A stretch of DNA of 64,000 bases from Antedon mediterranea (taxonomy: Eukaryota > Animalia > Echinodermata). Under the pieces are notes generated by a model, which was given only the letters and a program-made list of their open reading frames with translations, had not been told where the DNA came from and ran no database searches. The position numbers were made by a program, and so were the translations under genes. The stretch is taken from positions 24,880,871-24,944,870 of the forward strand of contig NC_092676.1 in assembly GCF_964355755.1 (NCBI RefSeq), given 5' to 3'. Positions 40,773-54,333 of the stretch are shown piece by piece (positions within the stretch are counted from its first letter, which is position 1; every line of letters begins with the position of its first letter).

Positions 40773-41183
40773 TTAGGCTAATACATCTTAATAAATCTTA
40801 GCTGCTCTGGCCAAGTTAGTAGTTAGGCCTACATTGTTTAATGCAATTATCTTTATACATGTATTAACTGATTAGACCTACAAACATATTTTCTATGAGC
40901 TGCTTAACCAGCATAACCAACAAACACATTATAACATCTAATAATAGCAATATCTTACCAACGTAAAACAACTCACTAACTGCACCAGAACCTAGGCCTA
41001 AATGCATTCTATAAGGCTTAGATAAACTTGCTAGCTCAGCATAACTTTGTATCTGTAACTGCCTTGCATCGCCAGGGTCACGCTTCAAATTGAGCCACCT
41101 GGAATGCTTTTAAGATAATGCCGTCGTGATGGAATTCCACACGCTCAAGAATGTGAATAAATTGAGTGAATGTACCAACTTAC

Positions 41184-41255
41184 CTACTACTATGCTCCTC
41201 ACAACAAAACGACCAGTCATTAAAATGGTGGTTCGTATGCATGCACAACTGGAAA
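41184..41255 (-). pseudogene. Orphan degenerate SLC22 exon 8
   Basis: AG|TTTCCAGTTGTGCATGCATACGAACCACCATTTTAATGACTGGTCGTTTTGTT...|GTAAGT encodes SSCACIRTTILMTGRFVV (cf. SSFPDIRTAISMTGRFFV); 72 nt instead of 115. Confidence 0.75.
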
Positions 41256-41676
41256 CTAACGAAAAACAACACAACACCCTTGTTTGCCTATTCTTACACC
41301 TTACACAATCTAGAACGTATCCAAATGCTACAGTATTACAAACTACTAGTAACTACTATGTGTTTCAAACATAGCTGCTCACAATATACTTTCTAGGGCC
41401 TACTCGAGTATAAATAAATATACTAAGAACTGACCAATACAGTTTGTTATTCGAATTAATATGAATGTATGAACAGATGGATTTAAATTATTTAATAACG
41501 TATTAAATTTAGAAGAATTTTAGTTAGTTAATTATTTGTTTATTATTTCAATATTACAATATATACAATATTACTCACCGCAATTACAGCTAAGGCTGGG
41601 CCAACGAGCCCACGTCTTTACTCAGCAATTGGTTCATATAAAACCTCCCGATATTTCATTTGTCCAAGTTTGGGTG

Positions 41677-42543
41677 TAGGGGGATAGGGGTGGTGGGGTA
41701 ATCTGACAACCTGTTAATTACTAGTCATATTGTTCCAAAACTTATAGAGAAAACAACTTAACAGGAATGATAAAGCCGCTATCAAATAGTACAGCTATCA
41801 CAAACCAGATCGAACTTTACAGATAAGCCTGATATAAAATTATAAACAGATTAAAACAGTATTATGATCATTAAAATAGTTTAAAATCAATTGTATGTCT
41901 ATAAGTTTAGTAAAATAGTATACAAATAATGAATGTTTATGAGTGCAATGGTACAAATAATGGCACGAGGTGAATGATGAAAGGTTATATCAACGAGGCA
42001 AAGCCGAGTTGATATAACCTTTCATCATTCACCAAGTGCCATTATTTGTACCATTACACGAATACAAAACATTCATTATTTGTATACTATTTTACTAAAC
42101 TTATAGACATACAATTGATTTTAAACTATTTTAATGATAGGGGGATAGGGGTGGTGGGGTAATCTGACAACCTGTTAATTACTAGTCATATTGTTCCAAA
42201 ACTTATAGAGAAAACAACTTAACAGGAATGATAAAGCCGCTATCAAATAGTACAGCTATCACAAACCAGATCGAACTTTACAGATAAGCCTGATATAAAA
42301 TTATAAACAGATTAAAACAGTATTATGATCATTAAAATAGTTTAAAATCAATTGTATGTCTATAAGTTTAGTAAAATAGTATACAAATAATGAATGTTTA
42401 TGAGTGCAATGGTACAAATAATGGCACGAGGTGAATGATGAAAGGTTATATCAACGAGGCAAAGCCGAGTTGATATAACCTTTCATCATTCACCAAGTGC
42501 CATTATTTGTACCATTACACGAATACAAAACATTCATTATTTG
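41677..42543. repeat. 461-bp-period tandem duplication containing a 272-bp palindrome (41867-42138)
   Basis: TAGGGGGATAGGGGTGGTGGGG.. starts at 41677 and at 42138, with ~405 bp identical. Confidence 0.9.
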
Positions 42544-42683
42544 TTTTATATAACATCTAAATAACAAACAAAAATGTTTCAAAAAGTACTATTTAACGAT
42601 CGTTGAATAGTGCGTACTATTGCACGCCATGTGACCCACATTCGTCCAATCAAATGACAGGAATTTATATAGGTGTTATATAA
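42380..42683. mobile_element. Palindromic non-autonomous element (central GAGGCAAAGCCGAG hairpin)
   Basis: Near-identical copy at 45184-45497; long internal IR plus a second IR pair TTATATAACATCTA/TAGGTGTTATATAA. Confidence 0.8.
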
Positions 42684-43210
42684 TAAATTATATTATACTA
42701 AAACCCAAATCAATTATGGACAACACAATGAATGGCACAATGAATGGCGCACTCAATAAAAGTTCAATGAAAACCCCCCCGAATGGACAAACAACAGCGC
42801 TCCCGGCTTCTATATGGACGGAAAAAATGCAATGCAACTGACAGACCGTTCCAATATTTGCAAGATAATAAAGCATACACATGTCGAATGTTTCATATTT
42901 TTTATTGTTCGTACTTCAGCACTTACCCTTAATACGAGTTGAACAATGAAACAGACTTATGCCTATATTTTATTTTTTTAATCACCACAGTATATTTAAA
43001 GAATATTATTAATTATCGCATGAATGAATAGTTTAGAACTATAGAAAATAATAACGTATATATAATACTAAAGTTTTATAAACACTTCCCAAATTTACTA
43101 TTAGACAAGACAATCAATCAATCATTTCAAAATGCTTGTTTCAAGTTATAATATGAAATAAAAATGCTATTTTGTTTGTAATTTGTTCTCTCCACCAAGC
43201 ACCTTCAACT

Positions 43211-46200
43211 TTATAAAGTTGAATTCAATATTTCCTCTTTCCGATCCGGCCTTTTCTCCTTTCTTGTATCTTCATAAGATCCAAATTTGTCTAATTTTAA
43301 CTTCAAATCATCTCCTGTTCTCCAATTGCGGTTGGTGTATCTATCAATTAATACATTGACAACCTTAGTATTACTGTCTGTTTCTATTTCAAGTGCTGTG
43401 CAATCACATTCAGTGGAAATTTGGATCGTAATATAAGAAACATAAAAATATGGCTCTTATTTTCTCACTATTTGAGCCTTACCTTGTAACAAGTTCTGCT
43501 TCTTCTATTGTCTGAGGCAGCGGGTAATTCAAAGTCTCTGGTAAAAGTAGAACCAGTAATCCTGCGGACATTGACGTGAAACTAAACGCAACCAACGGCA
43601 ACGGTTTCCAAAGTTGTTCAAGAAAAAGAATCTGTGGCGCTAGCACACCAGCGAAACGTGACATGAACGAACAGATTCCCAGTCCAGTTGTTCTAGTTAA
43701 ATTATAATAATAAAAATAGGGGAAAAAGTGGCCTTTTTTCATTGGCAGAATTCAGTCTGTCCTAAAGCAGTGGACATACGGTGTTTGATAGCAATGGCCA
43801 CATTGACCTGTATAAGAGCAACCAGGGGACGCTCTATTGAACCATAAACAAGAACTTACCTTACATCTGTTGAAAAAATCTCAGCCGTAACTATATAAAC
43901 TATCATGAATGCCCCATTCACAAAAAACCGTCCTGTCAGTGAAATAGCGGTTCGTATGTCTGAAAAACTGGAAGCTAAAAATAAAAACAGCTTTAATTGC
44001 ATGACCAAAGTATAGAGTAATAACAATGTCAGCCTTTGTTGCATGTGAAGTATGGTTATATAAACGCTAACATTTACACAAAACAGATTATTCATGTTAT
44101 TTTCCAAAGTTTTTCAACTGGTCTACGTTAGCAAACTTTTATTCAATTAAATTCATTTTTTTTTTTCGGAAATTTTATCCATATCAACAAACGTACAAAC
44201 AGAAAAAGAAAAAAGAAAATTCGCAAACTATAATCTTAAATATATATAGGATGCTTCTCCACCTACAATACATTTTTGAGTTATGGAGCATAATATGTTT
44301 GCAAACACAAGCAACAAGAATATTACAACTAGTCAACATATGTTGCATGAAACCATATATTGACAAACTCGCTCGAATTTGAAAGTGTGGTGGTTTTTCT
44401 GTATCAGAAAAGAAACTTTAGGTCCTGTATTTTCTAATTTGAAAATGTATTACGCATTTAATATCTCAATTTCTTTTTAAAGCTTTCTTTTAAATCATAA
44501 CTCTGCAACCTTGAGCAACTTTGGCAGAGAAGTGCGCATTACAATTAATATTTATTATTATATTATTAATTTCCAAATTATCACAATTTTTTGTCAATCA
44601 TTTCCTTCCAAATAAAATATTGTACTTACGTATCCAAATATTAATAAATGACATAGTGCCGGTAAATATCAAACAAATCGCCAATACGCTTCGTCTGCCA
44701 AACTTTTCGATGCTGATGATACTTGCTAACGTGGAAAGAAACTCTAACACGCCCATGACACAGATTCCAACGTACACATTGACGTCAAGACCTTCGACGC
44801 CGTACGTCAAACCGTAGTACACAAGACATGCCGTGAACCTGGTTGTAAAGAGATACGAGAAATAAAGGTAATATTTTAGTATCAGGGCAATTGTCTTCTT
44901 GGCAATGAACCTGGTTTTAAGATGAAATGAAATGGTATACCCGATGAACTATATAAGAAATGAACACCATTAATAGCCTAAAAAGTAATATTTATTTTTA
45001 TTTTATTTTTATTTTATTCAGTCAAAACCAACAGCGATAAATACCGCCACTAACATGTTTGAAACATAAAACAATACAACATCAAAAACGGTTAACAATA
45101 AAATACAGATAATATATATATATATATATATATATAAACACATTAGGCAATGAACATTAATTCGAAACCGCCCGGTGATATATTATACAAATAATGAATG
45201 TTTATGAGTGCAATGGTACAAATAATGGCACGAGGTGAATGATGAAAGGTTATATCAACGAGGCAAAGCCGAGTTGATATAACCTTTCATCATTCACCAA
45301 GTGCCATTATTTGTACCATTACACGAATACAAAACATTCATTACTTGTTTTATATAACATCTAGACGTTTTTTTTTCGTACACAAAAATGTTTCAAAAAG
45401 TACTATTTAACGATCGTTGAATAGTGCGTACTATTGCACGCCATGTGACCCACATTCGTCCAATCAAATGACAGGAATTTATATAGGTGTTATATAAATA
45501 TATATATATAACATAGATCGGCATGCCATAAACAATTTCAATTAATCAAACAGGTTATGCAGGCTGTTCAAGAAGTGAACACATAATCGTCCTCTTAAAA
45601 TAACCAAGTCTATCATTAAAAATATCGATATGATTGCTATTTAGATTATTAAATTATTAATGGATGATGATGATGAATCGTAGCAACAAAAACAATAATT
45701 AAATTTAATTTTTATATACCACTATAATTTAACTACTGAAATTATTGACATTTGACATACAAAACAAGACAGTTCAATACAAGATAAACAGGGCTATAAT
45801 AAAGCAGTATAAATTGATTACTACGGACTGACACGATCATAATTATAACAGTTAATTGAATCGAGTTAATCCACACTGATCATCGTTGACACCGTTTATT
45901 CGTTTTTATATACATATATTTTATTTTAATAATTATCATATGTTTTCCATTACCAACAGTAGATGAGAATTAGTGTTTTCTTTCTCATGTTTGAGTAGCG
46001 AAAGATATTGAGAACAGATGCAAAGGTTGATGGTTGTTTAGTTGAATCCTGACGAATAAAACAAAAAATATTACTGTACTGTATAAGAAATTATTTAATA
46101 CAAAAGCCAATATTTACATGCTCGATGTGATTTTACTGTTAAACGTTAAACCAAGGCTTCTAACAAACAGGACACTGAGCTCGCCTTGCCAAGATAGGAA

Positions 46201-48577
46201 CTCGTAAGAATCATATGATCGGATGTCTGGCTGGGACAAATACGAAGAGACGTGGTGTCTGTTAAGGGGCGTGGAAGTGATTGTGTCGCAGCCACCACAT
46301 ATAAACCCTTTGATCGTCGGAGCTCAACATCCTGTTAAAAAACAGGCTATAACAAAATATGCTATAGTTGAATAAAACTTACTGTTGGTAGTTCAATGTG
46401 GTCAATAACGTTATCGGGTAACTCTTTATTGTTGAATTTTGCGATCTTTTGTAGAATAGCCTTAGCTTCGTCAGGTCGTTTCTTTAAAAGCAGCCAACGG
46501 GGTGACTCTGGCATAAAACTATATAAAATATGTTTAAAGTATGAGAAGTATTAACCAAAACTTGTGTTAAAAACTTCTAACGTTAAAAAAAGTCTCCTGA
46601 ACGTCGGAAAACTTATGTTAGCGTCAGAAAACTTCTTCGTTGTGTCAGAAAACTTCTTAAAAACGTCAAAAAACATCTCCCTAAGCGTTAGAAAACTTTA
46701 CAATAACGTCAAAAAACGTCTCCCTAAGCATTAGAAAATTTCTCTCTGACGTCAGAAAACTTCTGAATAACGTCAAAGAACTTCTTAATAACGTAAAAAA
46801 ACTTCACCATAACGTCCGAAAATTAAAAAAGTTATTTATTGCGGGTTGACTACTTACAGGTACACGATTAAAAATGGTATAGGACATGCACTGGCAATGA
46901 GTATTAGATTACTCCACGATCTAATGAGGTATGCCATGAAAGCAAGCGTCACGAATCCTAGGCTGAGGTAAACTTGAACCATTAACGACATAAGTCCACG
47001 TTTTGACGGAGCAACGAACTCATTCACTGATAGGAAAACAGATTACACAAATGTCATAATATGCATGAGATGAGAAAGACTAAGATATTAAACCTCTATC
47101 CTCAATAGTTGATGGTCTTGAAGATTTAGACCAAGAGCCAGACGTCTTTGGTCAACCGAAATTGAGTGACACCAGTAAATGCTTTGTATATAGCCATTTA
47201 GTACACTTTGGAAATGTCATTGTTACAGTTAAGTTAGGTCAACAGTATACCATGTGATAACAAAAGGAATACAGTAAATGGTGAGGGTCTCCGCCTTTCT
47301 GTTTTGTACTTAACATGTCTTCCAGAAAGACATTGTCATTCTTACAGTTAAAATAAAACAGTTTTTGATATTATACTTACCATAAACGAATAGCGATATG
47401 TACATGCCTATACTAACACAACCATGAATAACACGAATCACGAAGTAAAACCAGTAAGATTTGGCGAAAGACAATGTAATTCCAGCCAAAGTCCTTAAAA
47501 GAAACGCCAAAAGAATCCCACGTTTTCTACCAAAGCTGTAAAGAAATATAACATTCAAACTATCAGGAAAACCCAAGGTATCGAAGCCTGCAAGCTATGA
47601 ACTTTATTAATTAGTTCGATTTTGATTCAAGGATTTTAAATAGAAAAAAATGATTACTTACTAATCGCATACTGTTCCAAATATGATAGATCCAAAGAAA
47701 AATCCAAATAGAAACGACGAAGCGGCTAACGATACCTTATAGCTATCATCGCATACAAGATCGAACTGGAGAGAGCAAAACATCTTAAAATGATACTTAT
47801 GCCCTTTTCATATTTCTAAACTCAAATGTGGTCTCATTTACATTGATAATAAAGGACAATCCACACAGTTATCAATTTTGGCGTATCAACATTAAGCTAC
47901 ATATAAGTCGGCACTAGAAAACTTTACAGTAGTTCGCAAACATGAGAAAACTCGCAATTTAGGCAAATTTTATCAAGTTTCCATTAATTGGAATTGCAAA
48001 CGATGAGTTTGAAAACTAAAGTTTGCTAATGTAGAATAGGTTTTATTATGAAAATCATGCCTTTTTAAACATTTAGTTCCACGAACACACATTATAGGCC
48101 TACAAAAAGAAGGCCTAATATTACACTGCATTGGAACGTACCTTATACTTTAACAAACTATGTGTCATCTTTGTTTCGAACACAATACATCATCGAAATA
48201 CTTACCTCTGATACAATAGTTGATTCGTATTGAGAATGGTCATATGTCCATCCATATTTACATTTTGTAATTTGCGTTTCGTTACTTCCGGCCATATTCG
48301 TGTACATTCTGCACTTGGTTTCGTTAATGAAAGATGTGGTCTCATCATCTGGTGGGAACATCAGGTTGTCTAAACCGCATTCATATTCTGTGCCACTACA
48401 ACTGGTATTTTCTAAGATGTTTGGAACTTTGCAGTAGTGATCCATCTTGCCATTGTAGAAGACCGTCCCAATGTTTGCAAAAACATTCGAGACTAGAACG
48501 CATAAAACTACATTTACGAGTATTTTGTGATAACGATCATATTCTCCAGTGTACTTAAACACATTGTCGAATTTCAT
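43211..48577 (-). CDS. SLC22 family organic ion transporter, copy B, 10 exons
   Basis: Exons 48577-48206, 47765-47662, 47535-47381, 47026-46858, 46518-46383, 46048-45954, 44838-44630, 43974-43860, 43692-43483, 43340-43211; exons 1-9 have the same sizes and phases as copy A; ends ILNSTL*. Confidence 0.92.
45184..45497. mobile_element. Palindromic non-autonomous element (intron 6, copy B)
   Basis: Near-identical to 42380-42683; absent from the homologous intron of copy C. Confidence 0.85.
46560..46825. repeat. Degenerate ~21-bp tandem repeat (ACGTCAGAAAACTTCT) in intron 4 of copy B
   Basis: Repeated CGTCAGAAAACTT; homologous tract in copy C. Confidence 0.8.
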
Positions 48578-49241
48578 ATTGATTGTTCCTAACAACTTCA
48601 GCCCGTATCAAGAAATGCAAGTTGAAATAAACGTATCTGTGATTTATTGGTTTAAAATGATCTGATACTAAATCTACCAATTGAAATTGTGACATTTATT
48701 ACTTGGCGGGTCTCTTGATCAGACTACAGTATTTTGCAATAGCAATAAATAAATTCTCAAACTAAAACTAATAAAATATAATCGTAAGAGGGTAAGGTTT
48801 TTACGTTATTCCCTGCACACAACGTTACAAATAATACAGATAATCTATATTGTATAACATCATGTTCAATGCTATAATTGCAGTTTTACAATATAATATT
48901 ATTGCTGCAATTGACATTGGATCTAATCCTATATTATTACTAAGTTTTTCCAAAAGCCAACCAAAGCCAAAAATATTAAACAGTTGTAAAAGCCTATTTA
49001 TAAAAATCGCTTTTACCGTTTAGGCCTATCGTGTTATTAACAATTACTATCCGTACTAATGAATAGTGCAGAAATATAGATAAATAATATTTTCTAATAC
49101 AGACTATAAGTTTGATAATATTATTAGACTAGGCACTTAAATAATAATATTAAAAATGCTTGTTCTTTCAAGTTTTAAATTTTGTTGTAACCATTATTAT
49201 ATATATGTATTCTCTCAACCACCAAATATTCATTTTCAAGT

Positions 49242-52200
49242 TTATACAGTTGAATTCAATATTTCTTCTTTCTCATCCAACATTTCCTTCTTCCTCGTGT
49301 CTTTTTCAGATCCAAGTTTGTCTGATTTCAACTTGAAATCATCTCCTGTTCTCCAATTACGATTGGTGTCTCTACCAATTAATAAAGTGACAACTTTTAT
49401 TATTAGCGTATGTCTCTAATATCAGAAACAAAACAAAAAGTATGTGCTCACTTCATGCAAAGCTTTCCATTTACATTTGAGCCTTACCTTGTAACAAGTT
49501 CTGCTTCTTCTATTGTCTGAGGCAGCGGGTAATTCAAAGTTTCTGGTAAAAGTAGAACCAGTAATCCTGCAGACATTGACGTGAAACTAAACGCCACCAA
49601 CGGCAAAGGCTTCCAAAGTTTTTCAAGAAAAAGAATCTGTGGCGCTAGCACACCAGCGAAACGTGACATGAACGAACAAATTCCCAGTCCAGTTGTTCTA
49701 GTTAAAATAAAAGAAAAAGTAGCTTTCTTTTATTGGCAGAATTCGGTCTGTCTCTCCTAAAGCAGTGGACATACGGTATTTGGCCATATTGGCCTGTATA
49801 AGAGCAACCACGGAAAGGACGCTCAATATAACAGCATGAATATTTCAAAAAGAACTTACCTAACATCTGTTGAAAAAATCTCGGCCGTAATTAAATATAC
49901 TATCATAAATGTCCCATTCACAAAAAACCGTCCTGTCATTGAAATGGCGGTTCGTATGTTTGGAAAACTGGAAGCTAAAAATAAAAGCAGCATTATTGCA
50001 TGACTAATGTTATATAGTGAAGAAGCATGTATTGCCAGTGAAGCATGGTTATAAATAATACTTTATTTTCTTTAAATAACGTTTAGGCAAACACTTCATG
50101 TTAATAGTGTAAAGCCTAGTCTAGAAGAGCAAAGTTTACCACATTTTTGCGGAGTTTGGAAACAAAAGTTTTAGCAAAAGTAAGTCTGCAAATCTAGACT
50201 TTTATTTGTCAACTAGTCTACGTTAGCAACATTTTATTGACAAACTCGCTCGAGTTTGCTCGAGTCACAGTGAGACTAAGTTTATATCATACTGTACTAC
50301 TGTAATTTATCAGAAAAGAAACTTTAGGTCCTGTATCTTTTAATTTGAAAATGTATTACGCATTTATCTGAATTACGTTTTCTCTTAAATCATAATCTTG
50401 CAATGAGACTTGAGCAACTTTGGCAGAGAAGTGCGCATTACAATTAATGTTTATTATTATATTATTAATTGCCAAAAACTATCACAATTTCTTGTCAATC
50501 ATTTCTTTCCAAATAAAATATTGTACTTACGTATCCAAATATTAATAAATGACATAGTACCGGTAAATATCAAACAAATCGTCAATATGCTACGTCTGCC
50601 AAACTTTTGGATGCTGATGATACTTGCTAACGTTGAAATAAACTCTAACACACCGATGACACAGATTCCAACGTACACATTGACGTCAAGACCTTCGACA
50701 CCGTACGTCAACCCGTAGTAGACAAGACATGCAGTGAACCTGGTTGTAAAGAGAAATATTTTAGTATCAAGGCAATTGTCTTCTTGACGTGCAGTGAACC
50801 TGGTTTTAATATGAAATACTGGCATTATTGACATGTGATATACAAAACGAGACAGTTCAATGCAAAAATAGACAGGGCTTAAGGCATAAATAGGGACTGA
50901 CGAGATCATATTATAGCCGTTAATTGAATCGAGTTAATCCACACGGAGCATCGTTAACACCTCACACTCATTTTAATCTACGGGGTTTTTATTTGCATAA
51001 TAATCATGTATTTCCATTACCAACAGTAGATTAGAATGAGTGTTTTCTTTCTCATGTTTGGGTAGCGGAAGATGTTGAGAACAGACGCAAAGGTTGATGG
51101 TTGTGTAGTTGAATCCTGACGAATAAAAAAAAATATTACTGTAGGCCTACTGTATAAGAAATTAAATAATACAAAAGCCAATATTTACATTACAAGCTGT
51201 GCCCCACGTGATTTTACTGTTAAACGTTAAACCAAGGCATCTACTAACAGGACACTGAGCTTGCTTTTACAAGATAGGAACTTGTAATAGTCCTTTGATC
51301 ATATCTGGCTGCGACAATACCAACAATGTCGCAGTCACAGATGGATAAACCCGTTGATCTCCAGAGCTCAGCATCATGTTGTAAGATTGCCTTAGTTAAA
51401 TTAAAACTATTATAGTCGGATGAAACTTACTGTTGGTAGTTCAATGTGGTCAATAACGTTATCGGGTAACTCTTTATTGTTGAATTTTGCGATCTTCTGT
51501 AGAATAGCCTTAGCTTCGTCAGGTCGTTTCTTTAAAAGTAGCCAACGGGGCGACTCGGGAATAAAACTATTTAAAACATGTAAAATATGAAAAGTATTAA
51601 CTAAAACCTCTAACGTCCAAATAATTATCCCAAAGTCAGAAAACTATCTTCAGAAAATTTCTCCGTAATGTCCAACAACTTCTTCCTTAACTTAAAAAAC
51701 GATAAACTTCTCTTTAGTGTCATAAAACGTCCCCTTAGCGTCAGAAAACTTCTCAATAACGTCGAAAGCGTTAGAAAAAGTCTACATAGCGTCAGAAAAC
51801 TTCTACCTAGCGTCAGAAAACTTTCAAGTAAGGTACAAAATGTCTCCATATCGTCAGAAAACTTCTCCCTGGCGTCAGAGAACTTCTCAATAACGTTAAA
51901 AAACTTCACCATATGTAAACAAAACTTGAATTGTCTACTTACAGGTACACGATTACAAATGGTATAGGACATGCACTGCCGATGAGTAATAGATTACTCC
52001 ACGATCTAATGAGGTATGCCACGAAAGCAAGCGTCACGAATCCTAGGCTGACGTAAACTTGAATCATTAACGACATAAGTCCACGTTTTGACGGAGCAAC
52101 AAACTCATTCACTGATAGGAAGACATATTACACAAATGTCATACATGAGACTAAGATATTAACATTCCAATTTACCTTTATCCTCAATAATTTCTAGTCT

Positions 52201-53717
52201 TGGAAGATTTAGACCAAGAGCTATACGTCATAAATTAAGTGATATCAGTAGAAACGTTATATTTAAACTATTGTTGTTTTTTTTATTTCATCAAGACCAA
52301 CAGCGACGAAAGTTGCAGGTATTAAACAGAAAACATATACAATAAATACTATATATGAAGCAAACTTAAATATATACATTTACATTGGACTTAACTTAAA
52401 TAGTTATACAGAGTTTACTCTATTATTATGTCTTCCAGAAAGAGTTTTAGTCGTCATGCAAACTTACCATAAACGAATAGCGATATGTATACGCCTATAT
52501 TAACACAGCCGTGGATGACACGAATCACGAAGTAAAACCAGTAAGTTTTGGCGAAAGACAATGTAATTCCGGCCAAAGTCCTTAAAAAAAACGCCAAAAG
52601 AATCCCACGTTTTCTACCAAAGCTGTATAATAGAAATAAACATTCAAACATCAGCAAAACCCAAGGTATCGAAGCTATCTATCCTGTTTTTAATTCATTC
52701 GCGATCTTGATTCAATGATTTTAAATAGAAAAAATGATATACTTACTAATCGCATACTGTTCCAAATATGATAGATCCAAAGAAAAAGCCAAATAGGAAC
52801 GACGAAGCGGCCAACGATACTTTGTAGCCATCGTCACAGACAAGATCGAACTGCAGAGAGTAACAAATCTTAAAATGATATTTATGCCCTGTTTATATTT
52901 CTAAACTCAAATGTGGTCTCATTTACATTGATAAGATTTGCATTAAAGGACAACCCACACAGTTTTTGGCGCATCAACATTAAGTTACATTTAGCCTATA
53001 CTAGAAAACTTCAATGGTTCGCAAAAGTTTTTTAAAGTTTTAATTTTTTTTATTTCACTTGTACAAACTCCTTTTTTGCAAACAATGAGTTTGCAAACTA
53101 AAGTTTGCTAATGTAAAATATGTTTTATTATACATTTTTGTTCCACTTCTTCTATATCTTCATTTGTTTTAAATGCGATCCAAGCCCCATCATATTTTTG
53201 TTGTCACATAACATTTGATAGTGTGGACAGAGCTTAACATACGAGGCCTACTATGTAGGCCTCTTACACTGTATTAGATTATAGTTTATACATACATAAA
53301 TATGTATAGTTTTTGGCAAACAAAATACACCATCGAAATACTTACCTCTGATACAATAGTTGATTTGTATTGAGATTGGTCATATGTCCATCCATATTTG
53401 CATTTTGTAATTTCAGTTTCATTACTTCCCGCCAGATTCGTGTACATTCTGCACTTGGTTTCGTTAATGAAAGATGTGGTCTCATCATCTGGTGGTAACA
53501 TCAGGTTGTCTAAACCGCATTCATACTCTGTTCCACTACAACTGGTATTTTCTAAGATGTTTGGAACTTTGCAGTAGTGATCCATCTTGCCATTGTAGAA
53601 GACCGTCCCAATATTTGCAAAAACACCGGAGATCAGAACGCATAAAACTACATTTACGAGTATTTTATGATAACGATCATATTCTCCAGTGTACTTAAAC
53701 ACATTGTCGAATTTCAT
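49242..53717 (-). CDS. SLC22 family organic ion transporter, copy C, 10 exons
   Basis: Exons 53717-53346, 52850-52747, 52622-52468, 52111-51943, 51566-51431, 51115-51021, 50739-50531, 49974-49860, 49697-49488, 49371-49242; ends ILNSTV*. Confidence 0.92.
51605..51912. repeat. Degenerate ~21-bp tandem repeat in intron 4 of copy C
   Basis: Repeated CGTCAGAAAACTTCT; explains ORFs 51625-51972 and 51668-51967. Confidence 0.8.
53181..53234. mobile_element. Harbinger-like MITE family 1, end fragment
   Basis: GTCACATAACATTTGATAGTGTGGACAGAGCT-TAA. Confidence 0.6.
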
Positions 53718-54333
53718 ATTGATTGTTCCTAACAACTTCAGCACGTATCAAGAAATACAAGATGAAATAAATGTATCTGTGATTTATTGGTTTAAAATGA
53801 TCTGATGTAACTAAATCTACCAATTGAAATTGTGACATTTATTACTTGGCGGGTTTCTCATATTTACATGATCCAACTACTGTATTTTGCAGTAACAATT
53901 AATAAATTCGCTAAAACTAATATAATATAATGGTCAGAGGGTAAGGTTTTCTCTTTCTCGTTACAAATAATACAGATAATCTATATTGTATAACATCATG
54001 CTATAATTGCATTGTACAATTTACATTGGATATAATCCTATATTATTACTAAGTTTTCCAAAAAGCCAAAATAAGAAAAAATATTAAATAGTTATAAGCC
54101 TACATATGTTATATAAAATCGCTTTTACCGTTGTTATTAATAATTACTATTCTTAATAATGAATAGTGTACAACTATATATAAGTAATCATTTCTAAAAC
54201 AGAAGTTTGATAATAATATTAGACTAGTCACTCAACTTATTAAAAATGCTTGTTGTTTCAAGTTATCGTAAACAAACTATTTTGTTTGTAAAACCATATA
54301 TATATCCTATATTCTCTCAACCACCAAACATTT

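Noticed and set aside
40864-41150. 74-aa minus ORF or possible LINE tail
   Set aside because: Similarity too weak to assign by eye.
51625-51972. 115-aa and 99-aa Leu-rich ORFs
   Set aside because: Derived from the intronic 21-bp degenerate repeat.
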